Assembly (NCBI GenBank): GCA_040754455.1
Contig: JBFMCP010000009.1
Coordinates: 22,337-86,336, forward strand
Direction of reading: 5' to 3'
DNA: 64,000 nucleotides
From: Nitrospirota bacterium
GTDB lineage: Bacteria; Nitrospirota; Thermodesulfovibrionia; Thermodesulfovibrionales; Dissulfurispiraceae
Part shown: positions 1 through 10,644 of the stretch, piece after piece
How positions within the stretch are numbered: the stretch's first letter is position 1
How the letters are laid out: each line of letters begins with the position of its first letter
Made by a program: the position numbers and the translations under genes
Notes under the pieces: generated by a model
Told to the model about the DNA's origin: nothing
Database searches by the model: none
What the model saw: only the letters and a program-made list of their open reading frames with translations

Positions 1-1533
1 CGGATATTCGAGAATTCATCCTGGAGCTGCATCCACGGTGTGGAGCGGTGGCGCACCGATTGCGGCTGCAATTCGGGCATGCACCCGGCATGGCACCAGA
101 AGTGGCGGAAACCGCTACGCGAAGCGTTCGACAAACTGCGGGATGTGCTCATCCCCGCCTATCAGCATGAGGCATCCAGGTATCTCAAAGACCCATGGGC
201 TGCCCGAGATGAGTATATTGAGGTAATGCTCGACCGGTCAGTGGAAAATGTCGAGCGTTTTCTCAGTCGGCACGCATCGAGAGATCTCTCACAGGAGGAG
301 AAGGAGCGGGTACTCAAGCTCCTCGAAGTTCAGCGCCATGCCATGCTGATGTATACGAGCTGCGGCTGGTTTTTCGATGAAATCTCGGGCATCGAGACCA
401 TCCAGGTCATCGAATACGCAGCAAAGGCCATCCAGCGTGCAGAGGAGGTGCTCAACCTCTCCCTGGAACGTCAGTTCATCGAGGATCTGCAGCTGGCGCC
501 GAGCAATGTCCTCTCGACCGGTGCGGAGGCATATAAAAAATACGTTATTCCGACCCGGATCGACTTTACCAGGATTGCGGCTCACTATGCCATATCCTCT
601 CTCTTCGAGGAGTATCCCGAATCCATGAATATTTTCAATTATACGGTGACCAGTGATAACTACGAGAAGGTCAAGGCAGGTAAATTCACCCTTGCTACAG
701 GCAAGGCGAGGATACATTCTGATTTTACCTGGGATGAGCAGGTGAAGACCTTTGCGGTGCTCCACCTCGGCGATCATAACGCAAACGGCGGCATCAGGGA
801 TTTCATCAGCGATGAAGTGTTTTCCACGATGCAGAGAGAGCTCCGAGAGGCCTTCGACCGCGGTGATGCCACCGAGATGATCCTGCTCATCGATAAACAC
901 TTCGGGACCAACACCTATTCGCTCTGGCACCTGTTCCGAGACGAGCAGCGGAAGATCATTAACAAGATACTCGAATCAACGCATGCAGGCATTGAGACAT
1001 CGTACCGTCAGATCTACGAGCTCAATAATCCGGTCATGAGCTTTCTCAGCTCGATCAATATTCCCCTTCCCACATCTATTGTCCTCGCTTCGGAATACAT
1101 TGTAAATCTCGATCTGAGAAGGCTTTTCGAAACAGAAGAGATCGACATGGAAAAGCTCGAGCGATTGATCCTCGAGACACAGCGTTGGTCGCTCGATATC
1201 GATAAACCGATGCTGGAGTATGTTATTTCCTCCTGGGCAAGCGCATTCATGGACAGGATAGTCCGGGACCCGCATAACCTGAAGCTCTTGGAGGAAATGA
1301 CGAACGTCCTCAAGCTCATCCTTCCCCTGTCACTCGACCTCAAATTGTGGAAGGCGCAGAACACCTTCTATTCTCTGAGAGAGCGCCTCTTTGAGGATAT
1401 GATGGAGCGAGCGCGGAACGGCGATGAGTCTGCACAGCGCTGGGGGAAGGCATTCTGCGAGTTGAGTGATCACCTGCGCATCAAATGTACGTTTGAAATG
1501 GCAGAGCCGTCGCCCACCCCGGCGATAGCATGA
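1..1533 (+). CDS. DUF3536-containing glycoside hydrolase family 57 protein (5' end outside window)
   Basis: Frame open from base 1 (RIFENSSWSCIHGVERWRTDCGC); MYTSCGWFFDEISGIE motif; closely similar to the downstream paralog. Confidence 0.88.
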   Translation, partial: RIFENSSWSCIHGVERWRTDCGCNSGMHPAWHQKWRKPLREAFDKLRDVLIPAYQHEASRYLKDPWAARDEYIEVMLDRSVENVERFLSRHASRDLSQEEKERVLKLLEVQRHAMLMYTSCGWFFDEISGIETIQVIEYAAKAIQRAEEVLNLSLERQFIEDLQLAPSNVLSTGAEAYKKYVIPTRIDFTRIAAHYAISSLFEEYPESMNIFNYTVTSDNYEKVKAGKFTLATGKARIHSDFTWDEQVKTFAVLHLGDHNANGGIRDFISDEVFSTMQRELREAFDRGDATEMILLIDKHFGTNTYSLWHLFRDEQRKIINKILESTHAGIETSYRQIYELNNPVMSFLSSINIPLPTSIVLASEYIVNLDLRRLFETEEIDMEKLERLILETQRWSLDIDKPMLEYVISSWASAFMDRIVRDPHNLKLLEEMTNVLKLILPLSLDLKLWKAQNTFYSLRERLFEDMMERARNGDESAQRWGKAFCELSDHLRIKCTFEMAEPSPTPAIA

Positions 1534-1546
1534 TCCCGGAGCGCGT

Positions 1547-3940
1547 ATGGTGAGGTACGTGTGCATTCACGGGCATTTCTATCAGCCGCCGAGGGAGAAC
1601 CCCTGGCTCGAAGAGGTGGAAGTGCAGGATTCCGCCTATCCGTACCACGATTGGAACGAGCGCATCACCGCTGAATGCTACCTGCCCAATGCAGCCTCGC
1701 GGCTCCTCGGCCCCGGCGGGAAGATCATCGGTATCTTCAATAATTACGCTCATATGAGCTTCGACTTCGGGCCTCCCCTCCTGTCCTGGATGGAAAAGAA
1801 CAAACCCGATGCGTACCGCCGCATCATCGAATCAGACCGCCTCAGTGCGGAAAGGTTCTCCGGACACGGCTCAGCGCTCGCTCAATGCTATAACCATATG
1901 ATCATGCCCCTCGCCAACACGCGGGATAAACGGACACAGGTCATCTGGGGCATCAGAGATTTTCAGAAGAGGTTCGGCAGAGACCCCGAGGGAATGTGGC
2001 TGCCGGAATGTGCTGTTGACTCAGAGACCCTCGATATCCTTGCAGAGCACGGCATTAAATTCACCATCCTCGCGCCCTGGCAGGTGACCCATATCAGAAA
2101 GATGGAAGAGAGGGCTGTATGGCAGGAGCTCGAATGGGGCGCTATCGATACGACGATGGCATACCGCTGCAATCTGCCCTCAGGCAGATCGATCAATCTC
2201 TTTTTTTACGAGGGCGCCACTGCCTACGCCATTGCATCGGCAGGATTGCTTAAAAGCGGCGACGTCTTTGTCCGGAGATTGCTGGACATTTTCAGAGATA
2301 AGGACGGCCATCCTCAGCTTGCGCATATAGCGAATGACGGCGAGTCTTACGGGCACCACCACAGACACGGCGATATGGCCCTCGCCTACTGCCTTCATAC
2401 CATAGCCTCACAAGGGCTTGCAACGCTCACCAATTACGGAGAATTCCTTGAACGGCATCCTCCAACCCATGAAATAAAAATACGGGAGAACTCATCATGG
2501 AGCTGCATCCACGGCGTCGAGCGGTGGCGGAGCGACTGCGGCTGCAATTCCGGGCAGTTCCCGCACTGGAACCAGAAATGGCGGAAACCGCTGCGCGATG
2601 CCCTTGACGAACTGCGCGACGAGTTGGCCCCCGCCTATGAGCACGATATGCGCGACTATGTAAAAGACCCGTGGGCGATGCGGGATGGCCTGATCACCTG
2701 TATCCTCGACCGCTCCTCTGAAAATATGGAGCGGTTCCTGAAGCAGCATGCCCTGCGGGAACTGTCTCCTGAGGAGAAGACCAGAGTCCTGAAGCTGCTC
2801 GAATCGCAGCGGCATGCCATGGCAATGTATACCAGCTGCGGCTGGTTCTATGATGAGATCTCGGGCATCGAGACCGTGCAGGTGATGAAGTATGCAGCCC
2901 GTGCCATTCAGCAGGCATATGAGGTTTTCGGCTATTCGCTGGAGCAGAACCTTCTCGCTGACCTTGAAAAAGCACCCAGCAACTACGATGCCCATGGGGC
3001 GGAGACCTATAAACGGCTGGTCATTCCCTCCAAGATAGATCTAACCCGTGTTGCAGCACACTACGCCATAGCATCTCTTTTCAGAGATGATCCATCGCAT
3101 ATGAACATCTATAATTTCAACGTCGAAAGCAGCCCCTACCAGAGGGTAAAGACCGGCAAGTTCACATTCGCCGCCGGCGTTGCCCGAGCCGCTGACGATT
3201 TTACCTGGGAGCAAACGGTGAAATGCTTTGCCGTGCTGCATCTCGGTGACCATAATTTCAAGGCCGGTGTGCGAGATTTCACGACAGAAGAGGACTTTGC
3301 TCGGATGAGCAGCGCCCTGCTATCCGCCTTCGAGACAGGGGCCGCGACCGAGGTCATGCGCCTTATCGAGAAGCACTTCGGTCCCGCCCGTTACTCCCTT
3401 GTGGACCTTTTCAGGGACGAACAGCGGAAGGTCATCGATAGCGTTCTCGCATCGACGCACGCGGGCATAGAGGCGGAATTCAGAGAAATCTACGAGCGCT
3501 ACAATCCCATTATGAATTTTCTCAGCTCCCTCGGCATCTCCCTCCCCCAGACCGTGCGCATTGCAGCGGAGCATGTTATCAATCTCGATTTAAAAAGGAT
3601 TTTTGATGAAGAAATGGTTGATACCGCCGAGCTCGATCGATTGATAAAGGAGGTTTTGAAGTGGAACATTCCTCTCGACAAAGCGGGAATCGCCTATATA
3701 ATACCCCGATGGCTGTTTTCAGCAATGAACCATATAGGACACAATGCCCGCCGTGATACAGTGCTTCTCGAAAACATCACTGCAGTGATCGCCCTGCTCG
3801 AACCGCTCGCCCTTGATATGAACCTCTGGATGCCACAAAATAAATACATCTCTCTCAAAGAGTCCTTCTATTCCGAAGTAGGGGAGAGCGCAGGTGCGTT
3901 CCGAACACTGGGTGACTATTTGAACATAGAAGTGCTGTAA
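1547..3940 (+). CDS. DUF3536-containing glycoside hydrolase family 57 protein
   Basis: HGHFYQPPRENPW, GMWLPE and DGESYGHH motifs; 797 aa. Confidence 0.9.
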   Translation: MVRYVCIHGHFYQPPRENPWLEEVEVQDSAYPYHDWNERITAECYLPNAASRLLGPGGKIIGIFNNYAHMSFDFGPPLLSWMEKNKPDAYRRIIESDRLSAERFSGHGSALAQCYNHMIMPLANTRDKRTQVIWGIRDFQKRFGRDPEGMWLPECAVDSETLDILAEHGIKFTILAPWQVTHIRKMEERAVWQELEWGAIDTTMAYRCNLPSGRSINLFFYEGATAYAIASAGLLKSGDVFVRRLLDIFRDKDGHPQLAHIANDGESYGHHHRHGDMALAYCLHTIASQGLATLTNYGEFLERHPPTHEIKIRENSSWSCIHGVERWRSDCGCNSGQFPHWNQKWRKPLRDALDELRDELAPAYEHDMRDYVKDPWAMRDGLITCILDRSSENMERFLKQHALRELSPEEKTRVLKLLESQRHAMAMYTSCGWFYDEISGIETVQVMKYAARAIQQAYEVFGYSLEQNLLADLEKAPSNYDAHGAETYKRLVIPSKIDLTRVAAHYAIASLFRDDPSHMNIYNFNVESSPYQRVKTGKFTFAAGVARAADDFTWEQTVKCFAVLHLGDHNFKAGVRDFTTEEDFARMSSALLSAFETGAATEVMRLIEKHFGPARYSLVDLFRDEQRKVIDSVLASTHAGIEAEFREIYERYNPIMNFLSSLGISLPQTVRIAAEHVINLDLKRIFDEEMVDTAELDRLIKEVLKWNIPLDKAGIAYIIPRWLFSAMNHIGHNARRDTVLLENITAVIALLEPLALDMNLWMPQNKYISLKESFYSEVGESAGAFRTLGDYLNIEVL

Positions 3941-4032
3941 AAAAGGCCGAGGTTGAGGATATAACGATGAAAAGAGCAAAAATAAAAATCAAGGACTCCT
4001 ATTTTTTCATTTTGCACTTTGCATTTTGATTT

Positions 4033-6189
4033 TTATTTTATGACCAGTACCTCGATATCGCCGGTTTTTCTCACGATCTCGACGCTGACGTTAAAGCGGT
4101 GGCGGCGGAGCACAAAATCGATCTCTCCCTCTTTGATCTTGAGCTTGGCCAGATGCACTTCCTTGAGAAAGTCGGGAAGTACCGGGTGCCTGAAAACGAC
4201 ACGGTTGGGTTGCTCGAGCGTGAGCCCGAGGCAGGCCTGCAACAGCATAAATACGGTGCCCGATGCCCAGGCTTGGGGCATGCACGCAACAGGATAGAGT
4301 GTCGGCCCGTCGCCGGCGCGGCGGTGAAAGCCGCAGAACAGCTCGGGAAGACGGTACTGATCGAAATATTTCGATGCATCAAAAATGCCGGTGAATACCT
4401 TGAGCAGGGCATCCATTAAACCGTATTTGGCAAATCCCAGTGCAATAAGGGCGTTATCATGAGGCCATATCGATCCGTTATGATATGACATGGGGTTGTA
4501 CTTGGCCTCGGAGCTCGCAACGGTGCGGATGCCCCATCCTGAAAAGAATTCGTCGGAGATGAGCGTCTCTGTAAGGCGATAGACCCGCTCTTCAGAGGCG
4601 ATGCCGGTGAAGATGCAGTGCCCTGCATTCGATGTTCTGACCCTGCAGGGCTGTTTCTTGCCGTCGAGAGCGATAGCGTAAAAACCGAGGTCATCGACCC
4701 AGAAGGTCGTTTCGAACCGATCCCTCAATATCTCGGCTGCCTGCTTTAAATGGCGCGAAAGTTCGCGCTCGCCAAGCAGATCGGCGAGCATGGCCGCTTC
4801 GGTCTTGGCTGCATAGACATAGCCCTGGACCTCGCAGAGGGCAATGGGGCCTTCGGCCAGCCTTCCATCCGAATGGAATACCGAGTCTTTGGAGTCCTTC
4901 CAGCCTTGGTTGATGAGCCCTCTTTCCGATCGACGGCCATACTCGATGAAGCCGTCACCGTCGATATCCCCGTACTCATCGATCCATTGCAGCGCCCTTT
5001 TCAGATGAGGCCAGATCGTCTTTATGAACTCCAGGTCGCCGCTCCTCCGATAGTAGGCGCCGGCGAGATAAATAAAGAGCGGAGTGGAGTCCACGCTGCC
5101 GTAATATTTTCCGAAAGGGATCTCTCCCAGGGCCGCCATTTCACCGAACCGCACCTCATGGATGATCTTGCCCGGTTCGGCATCGCTCTCCGGATTGAGG
5201 GTCTCGGCCTGCGTTGCCGAGAGATACGAGAGCACATCACGCGCGATCTGCGGTTCGAACCACAGGCACTCAAGGGCAGTGATGATGCCGTCACGGCCGA
5301 AGGCGGCATTGAACCAGGGGACGCCCGCATAGGGATAACTGCCATGGCGGGTATCGGTAAGCATCATATGGATATCGGAAAGAGATGTGGAGAACCATGC
5401 ATTGAACTGCTCGTTGGTCGTGCAGATCTGGCAGGCACTGTCCCTCATGGTCTTATACTTCTCGTCAGCGAGGACCAGGGCGTGCTTCCAGTAGACATCC
5501 TCTCTCCTGTCGAACTGCATGGTAATGCGGAACGCCTCGCGGCATTTCGGGATCAATTTGAATTCGAATATCGCCGCTTCGTTATCAAGGGAAACGGGAG
5601 GCACGGAAAAGACGAGCCTCGTGGTGCGCTTTTGATTGTCGAGACCCTGGTACCCGAGCGTAATGTCCTGTTTGCCGATCTCGGGAGGAAGATACTCGCC
5701 GCGCCGCTCCCTTTTAATCCCTCTTACTTCAAAAACGTCTTCGAAATCGGCTTCGAAGAAAAGATGGAGCCTGATCACGACCGGATCGATGCCGAAATTG
5801 ATGAGATAAATGCTCTCGAAGCAGTTCCCCTCCCAAATGAATTTGGAGCGATGGCAGTGAATGGTGTCCCGGGGGATGAAGGTGCCGTTGCCGTCGATGA
5901 GGATATCGGGATTGGTAAGGTCTGCTGAAAGGATATTGCTCTCCCTTTTCATGCCTGAGCTCAGAAAGAGCGGCCGTTTCCCTTCGAGCCGGAGTTCCCA
6001 CTTGCTCAGATGGCGGGTGCCCTGATGGTAGATACCCTGCTCCTCCATACCCAGCTTGAGGATATCACCCATGCGGGCAAAGACACCGAAGGTCTCATTG
6101 TGTTTGAGGGTCAGCGTCTTGAGATCGACACGGCCCGAGGTCGCGAGGATATAGTATTCGTCCTTCACATGAGAAGTAGTGTCCATCAT
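4033..6189 (-). CDS. amylo-alpha-1,6-glucosidase / glycogen debranching enzyme family protein
   Basis: AGVPWF..FGRD, EPGKIIHE, NQGWKDS, YHNGSIWPHDN motifs. Confidence 0.9.
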   Translation of the reverse strand: MMDTTSHVKDEYYILATSGRVDLKTLTLKHNETFGVFARMGDILKLGMEEQGIYHQGTRHLSKWELRLEGKRPLFLSSGMKRESNILSADLTNPDILIDGNGTFIPRDTIHCHRSKFIWEGNCFESIYLINFGIDPVVIRLHLFFEADFEDVFEVRGIKRERRGEYLPPEIGKQDITLGYQGLDNQKRTTRLVFSVPPVSLDNEAAIFEFKLIPKCREAFRITMQFDRREDVYWKHALVLADEKYKTMRDSACQICTTNEQFNAWFSTSLSDIHMMLTDTRHGSYPYAGVPWFNAAFGRDGIITALECLWFEPQIARDVLSYLSATQAETLNPESDAEPGKIIHEVRFGEMAALGEIPFGKYYGSVDSTPLFIYLAGAYYRRSGDLEFIKTIWPHLKRALQWIDEYGDIDGDGFIEYGRRSERGLINQGWKDSKDSVFHSDGRLAEGPIALCEVQGYVYAAKTEAAMLADLLGERELSRHLKQAAEILRDRFETTFWVDDLGFYAIALDGKKQPCRVRTSNAGHCIFTGIASEERVYRLTETLISDEFFSGWGIRTVASSEAKYNPMSYHNGSIWPHDNALIALGFAKYGLMDALLKVFTGIFDASKYFDQYRLPELFCGFHRRAGDGPTLYPVACMPQAWASGTVFMLLQACLGLTLEQPNRVVFRHPVLPDFLKEVHLAKLKIKEGEIDFVLRRHRFNVSVEIVRKTGDIEVLVIK

Positions 6190-6192
6190 AGC

Positions 6193-7248
6193 TTATGCAA
6201 TGCGTCGTGAGCTGGATGTTTGTACTTTTTTTAAAAGGTTCTCGTAGACCGCGCTGTAATCCAACGCCATTCTTTCTGCGGAAAAGCGCCGTTTGAATTC
6301 TTTGCGGATATTGAGTCTGCTCAATGTTCCTGCTGCCTTTACCGCCGCTACCGCTCCGGGAATGTCATCAAAGATGAATCCCGTTACGCCGTCCTCAACG
6401 ATTTCAGGAATGCTGCCGCGCCGCCGTGCGATGACCGGCGTGCCGCAGGCCATTGCTTCGATCATCGCGAGCCCGAAGGGTTCCGGCCAGTCGACGGGGA
6501 AGATGAACGCATAGGCATTGCCGAGCAGCTCCTGTTTGTCCTTTTCCCCCACCTCGCCGATGAACTCTATGAGCGGATGCTTCAGGAGCGGCTTTATGAC
6601 TGCGGAAAAATACGCCTCTTCCGTCTTATCGACTTTCGCCGCTATCTTGAGCGGAATATCGGTCCGCTTCGCAATTTCTATGGCGTCGATGACCCGCTTT
6701 TCCGGTGAGACGCGGCCGATGAATACAAGGTATTCTCCGGGAGACTTGCTGAGTTGATACAGGTTGCGCGGCAGGCCGTGATACACGGTCGCCTGCCAGT
6801 TGGCCCAGAATATCGGCGCCCTCTGCGCATCGGAAATCGAGACCAACGGGATATCGTCGAACTCTTTATAGAGGGGCGCCAGCTCCGGCAGATCGAGGCG
6901 GCCGTGCAGCGTCGTCACAAAGGGCTTGCCGAGTCTTCGTAACAGAGAGAAATGCAGGTAGTCGGTATGAAAATGAATGATGTCGAATTCTGCGGCACTC
7001 TGTGCAACCCGCTCGATCATCAGCATGTGATAGGCGATCGGGTCCAGACACCGCCTGTCCGAACGCAACGAGGAAGGACATATCGGCACCAGCTTCGCTT
7101 TTGTCGAGGAGTCGCCGCTTGCAAACAGGGTTACCTTATGCCCGAGGCCCACAAGCTCCTCGGTGAGATATGAAACCACACGCTCGGTCCCGCCATACCC
7201 TGCAGGGGGGACCGATTCATAAAGAGGAGAGACCTGTGCGATTCTCAT
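6193..7248 (-). CDS. glycosyltransferase family 4 protein
   Basis: YGGTERVV N-terminus, EPFGLAMIEAMACGTPV motif; 3 nt upstream of the debranching gene. Confidence 0.92.
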   Translation of the reverse strand: MRIAQVSPLYESVPPAGYGGTERVVSYLTEELVGLGHKVTLFASGDSSTKAKLVPICPSSLRSDRRCLDPIAYHMLMIERVAQSAAEFDIIHFHTDYLHFSLLRRLGKPFVTTLHGRLDLPELAPLYKEFDDIPLVSISDAQRAPIFWANWQATVYHGLPRNLYQLSKSPGEYLVFIGRVSPEKRVIDAIEIAKRTDIPLKIAAKVDKTEEAYFSAVIKPLLKHPLIEFIGEVGEKDKQELLGNAYAFIFPVDWPEPFGLAMIEAMACGTPVIARRRGSIPEIVEDGVTGFIFDDIPGAVAAVKAAGTLSRLNIRKEFKRRFSAERMALDYSAVYENLLKKVQTSSSRRIA

Positions 7249-7375
7249 AATGGTATCCTTGAATAGATTTGAGGGGTTTATAAGAGGGAGTGCTTACTTT
7301 AAAAATAGCATACAAACAGAGAGCTGTCAACGAAATGACACGTTCGGTTGCGCATCGTGTTTAGGTGCCAACTGC

Positions 7376-7963
7376 TTATTGAGCGACTTTGGACGAGGGG
7401 GTGAGTAATTTATTCTTGATGAGCAATGTCCTCAGCTTCTGAAAATCACGGATAAATTCCTCTTTTGTTTCAGGAAAACGGAGTGCGGCAGCGGGATGAA
7501 AGGTGATGAAGTACAATCTCCCTTCCTGATCGATGACTGTTCCGTGCTCTTTGGTGATCGGCACCGTGCGGCCGAGGACCGCAAAGCAGGCGATGCTCCC
7601 CAGGAGAACAAGCAACCGTGGGTTAATAATATCGAGTTGTTTCAAAAAATGGGTACGGCTGTGGGCGATGTTGCCCTTTGAAGGGGTGCCCTTTTTCGGA
7701 AGATACTTTACGGTGTTGGTGATATATACATTTTCCTCTCTGAGTCCGATATCGCGTATCATTGTACGCAGGATGCTGCCCGATCTGCCGACAAAAGGCC
7801 GCCCGGTCTTCGACTCTTCTATCCCCGGAGCTTCACCGATAAACATAATCTTCGCATCGGGATTCCCCTCACCGGGCACCGCCTTCCCCAAACCCCACTC
7901 CTTACAAAGTGAGCAAGCTTCGATCTCCCTGGCTATCTTCAAAAGCTCTTTGCCCTTGTCCAT
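7376..7963 (-). CDS. uracil-DNA glycosylase family 4-like
   Basis: GEAPG..E, GRPFVGRSG, TFHPAAALR motifs. Confidence 0.88.
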   Translation of the reverse strand: MDKGKELLKIAREIEACSLCKEWGLGKAVPGEGNPDAKIMFIGEAPGIEESKTGRPFVGRSGSILRTMIRDIGLREENVYITNTVKYLPKKGTPSKGNIAHSRTHFLKQLDIINPRLLVLLGSIACFAVLGRTVPITKEHGTVIDQEGRLYFITFHPAAALRFPETKEEFIRDFQKLRTLLIKNKLLTPSSKVAQ

Positions 7964-8057
7964 TCCATCGTCTCTCTATCGAAGATACGACAGTCCTATG
8001 AACGCAGCTTACGTTGCTCTTCTTTAATGGTAAGGTATTGGGTAGGCATGTCAAGAC

Positions 8058-8203
8058 AAATCCGAAATTCGAAGCCCGAAATCCTAAACAAACTTCCGAT
8101 TTCGAATAATCCGAATTTGTTTAGGATTGAGATAGTGAACCTCCCCGCGGCAAGCCGACGGGGAACTCTGCAAAGCTTTCGTCAGAATTTCGAATTTGGG
8201 ATT
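8058..8203. repeat. imperfect palindromic intergenic repeat interrupted by a 50-bp element
   Basis: AAATCCGAAATTCGAA..AATCCTAAACAAA arms mirrored by TTTGTTTAGGATT..TTCGAATTTGGGATTT. Confidence 0.6.
8133..8182. repeat. 50-bp hairpin element, copy 1
   Basis: TAGTGAACCTCCCCGCGGCAAGCCGACGGGGAACTCTGCAAAGCTTTCGT identical to 28311..28360. Confidence 0.9.
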
Positions 8204-8210
8204 TTAGTGA

Positions 8211-8693
8211 TCAGACTTTATCGTCTTCGCTGCCGTCTTTCTCCTGCTCTTCGATAAATCTGAAGAGTTTTTCCATGGCATCGATCTGCTGCAGCCGCTT
8301 GTTTCTACCGGAAAGCTTGACCAGGTCTTCGATAAAATCAGGGGATTCGGGCAGCTCCGCATTATAAACACCGCGTTTGGTCACCTTGTAGGCTTCAATC
8401 TCCGTGGTGAGGCTGTTCGCTGATGCGAGGACCTTCCGCACAGCGATATACCCGTTCTTCACATTCAGCAGGCCGATCGCCGAGCGCAGGTAGGTGATCG
8501 CCTCATTCCAGCTCTCGAGGGAGAACTCGATCTCGGAGTGGATCAATACTTCGCTTTCCCTGTTGATATCGATGGCGCTGACCGCAATATCTCTTGAGAG
8601 GTTCCAAAGACCGTCGATGATATCCTGACTGACTTTTCGATACGGGTACGGCAGCTTTATATAGAATGCTCTTATTTCTCGGTACAACTCCAT
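8211..8693 (-). CDS. hypothetical protein
   Basis: 160-aa ATG ORF filling the gap; no recognisable motif. Confidence 0.65.
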   Translation of the reverse strand: MELYREIRAFYIKLPYPYRKVSQDIIDGLWNLSRDIAVSAIDINRESEVLIHSEIEFSLESWNEAITYLRSAIGLLNVKNGYIAVRKVLASANSLTTEIEAYKVTKRGVYNAELPESPDFIEDLVKLSGRNKRLQQIDAMEKLFRFIEEQEKDGSEDDKV

Positions 8694-8896
8694 TGCTCAT
8701 TATAGCACTATCATCTCGTGAAAAGGCAATCGCAAATCATAACTCTATAAAATTAAAATGCTAAATCGATCACACATGAAATAAAGATTCTAAAGCGACC
8801 TAATGTTTCGAAGTTTAGCAACGAACAAACCTTGACTAAAGCTACTTACATATTATAAAGTTACTCTCAAAAATCTTTTCACAGGGGGTAGTATTT

Positions 8897-10474
8897 ATGA
8901 GAAAGTTTGTTGTAGCACTCCTTTCCCTCGCTCTTCTGCTCCCTCTCTCCGCATTCGCTGCCGACCAGGGCGACCTTCTCCAGAAGATCGAAGCGCTCTC
9001 CAGAGAGCTCGAGTCCCTGAAGGCACAGATGCACGAGATGCAGAAGAAAGAGACCGTAAAGGAAGAAAGAATCACGATGGTGGAGAAGAAGGCCGAGGCA
9101 GCAGAAGCGCCTTCCTGGTTCAAGATCGGCGGCGACTACCGGGCCAGGTTCGACTCCCTGAGAGGCGAAAGCAAAGCAGCATTCGTACTGTTTGCTCCCA
9201 CCCCGCAGGATGTCTTCGCCAAGCAAACGGTCGATAATGAAACGCTTCTGACCAACCGTTTCGGGCTGAACATGGAAGCAAAGGCAATGGAAGACATCAC
9301 GGTCAAGGCAAGACTCCTCATGTACAAGGTTTGGGGACATGAGACAGAGGAGCCTATCGGTGGCTCAAGCAATGGCTTCTTTGCCGATCGCTTCTTCCTT
9401 TTTGATGGCAATGTCGGCCATGTCCCATCAGATAATACGCTGAGAGTCGACCAGGCTTATGCGACCTGGAGCAATGTGTTCAACCAGCCTGTCTGGTTCT
9501 CTGTAGGTAGGAGGCCTTCCACCGGCGGCGTTCCGACCAATATCAGGCAGAACGTCGAGAAGGTCGGCAACGCGGGTGTTCCTGGTTTGTTGATCGACTA
9601 TGCCTTTGACGGTCTGACCCTCGGATATGCACCTGATATCGATGCCCTCCCCGGCGCCTATGCGAAGTTCTGCTACGGCAGGGGCTTCGACAGCGGCTAT
9701 AAGACAGCAGCAAATGGCATGGATGATGTCGATTTCATCGGGATCAACGTCGTTCCTTACGACACCGATACGCTCCATCTCGAATTCCAGTACAGCAGGG
9801 CATTCAATATCTTTGCTTTCCCTGAGTCAAACGGAATGCTCGCCGGTTTTATGGTCGATCCTGCAGATCCAACAGGGACCAATGTTATTCCTGTTACCGT
9901 TGCTAATACCAACGTTGGAGATATCGACCAGTATGGCATGGTAGCGATGGGCAAGATCGAGAAGGTCGGCCCGGGCGACCTGAATCTCTTCCTCTCTGCG
10001 GCTTTGAGCGTAACACATCCTAACGAAAACACCTTAAACCTCGGTCCCGGCGTGAGTTTCGGACTGCTTGGAAACGCGAATCCTTCGAGCAAGACCGGCT
10101 GGTCGGCCTATGTCGGCGGCAGATACGATATCGCTAAGACAGGGACGAAGATCGGCTTGGAATACAATTACGGCTCTAAGAACTGGATTACGTTTACGCC
10201 TGCTGCCGACGATATCTGGACCGGAAAGCTCGGCACAAGAGGCAGCGTTTATGAAGCATACATAATCCAGGAGCTCAACAAGAAGCCTATCGCGAAGAGA
10301 GGAAAGGCGTTCTTCAGGCTCGGCTATCAGTACTACGACTTCGATTACACCGGCAGCAACAACTGGATGGGCGCTCCGGTAGATATGGACGATGTAATAG
10401 CCAACACGCCGCTGTTCTTCGCTCCGCTCAAGAACGCTCACGACATCTACTTAACTTTCGACGTAATGTTCTAA
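8897..10474 (+). CDS. DUF3373-family outer-membrane beta-barrel protein
   Basis: Signal peptide, N-terminal coiled coil, GGDYRARFD, GRRPSTGG, C-terminal Phe. Confidence 0.8.
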   Translation: MRKFVVALLSLALLLPLSAFAADQGDLLQKIEALSRELESLKAQMHEMQKKETVKEERITMVEKKAEAAEAPSWFKIGGDYRARFDSLRGESKAAFVLFAPTPQDVFAKQTVDNETLLTNRFGLNMEAKAMEDITVKARLLMYKVWGHETEEPIGGSSNGFFADRFFLFDGNVGHVPSDNTLRVDQAYATWSNVFNQPVWFSVGRRPSTGGVPTNIRQNVEKVGNAGVPGLLIDYAFDGLTLGYAPDIDALPGAYAKFCYGRGFDSGYKTAANGMDDVDFIGINVVPYDTDTLHLEFQYSRAFNIFAFPESNGMLAGFMVDPADPTGTNVIPVTVANTNVGDIDQYGMVAMGKIEKVGPGDLNLFLSAALSVTHPNENTLNLGPGVSFGLLGNANPSSKTGWSAYVGGRYDIAKTGTKIGLEYNYGSKNWITFTPAADDIWTGKLGTRGSVYEAYIIQELNKKPIAKRGKAFFRLGYQYYDFDYTGSNNWMGAPVDMDDVIANTPLFFAPLKNAHDIYLTFDVMF

Positions 10475-10480
10475 CACCCT

Positions 10481-10511
10481 AAGGGAAGGGGCAACAGCCC
10501 CTTCCCTTTTT
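10481..10511 (+). terminator. intrinsic terminator
   Basis: AAGGGAAGGGGC-AACA-GCCCCTTCCCTT followed by a T run just after the stop. Confidence 0.85.
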
Positions 10512-10533
10512 ACTCCTTCCTTGTGCTGCGGTC

Positions 10534-10561
10534 TCCTTTAATTTCCTCTTTCCAGCGTGTT
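10534..10561 (+). repeat. 28-bp direct repeat, left copy
   Basis: TCCTTTAATTTCCTCTTTCCAGCGTGTT, identical at 11708..11735. Confidence 0.9.
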
Positions 10562-10644
10562 GAATTATGTTGATAGAAGACAGGCAAATGGGGTTAGACT
10601 TGACTATTGACATTTCCTTATGGGGACGTAAATAGGGACGAAAG

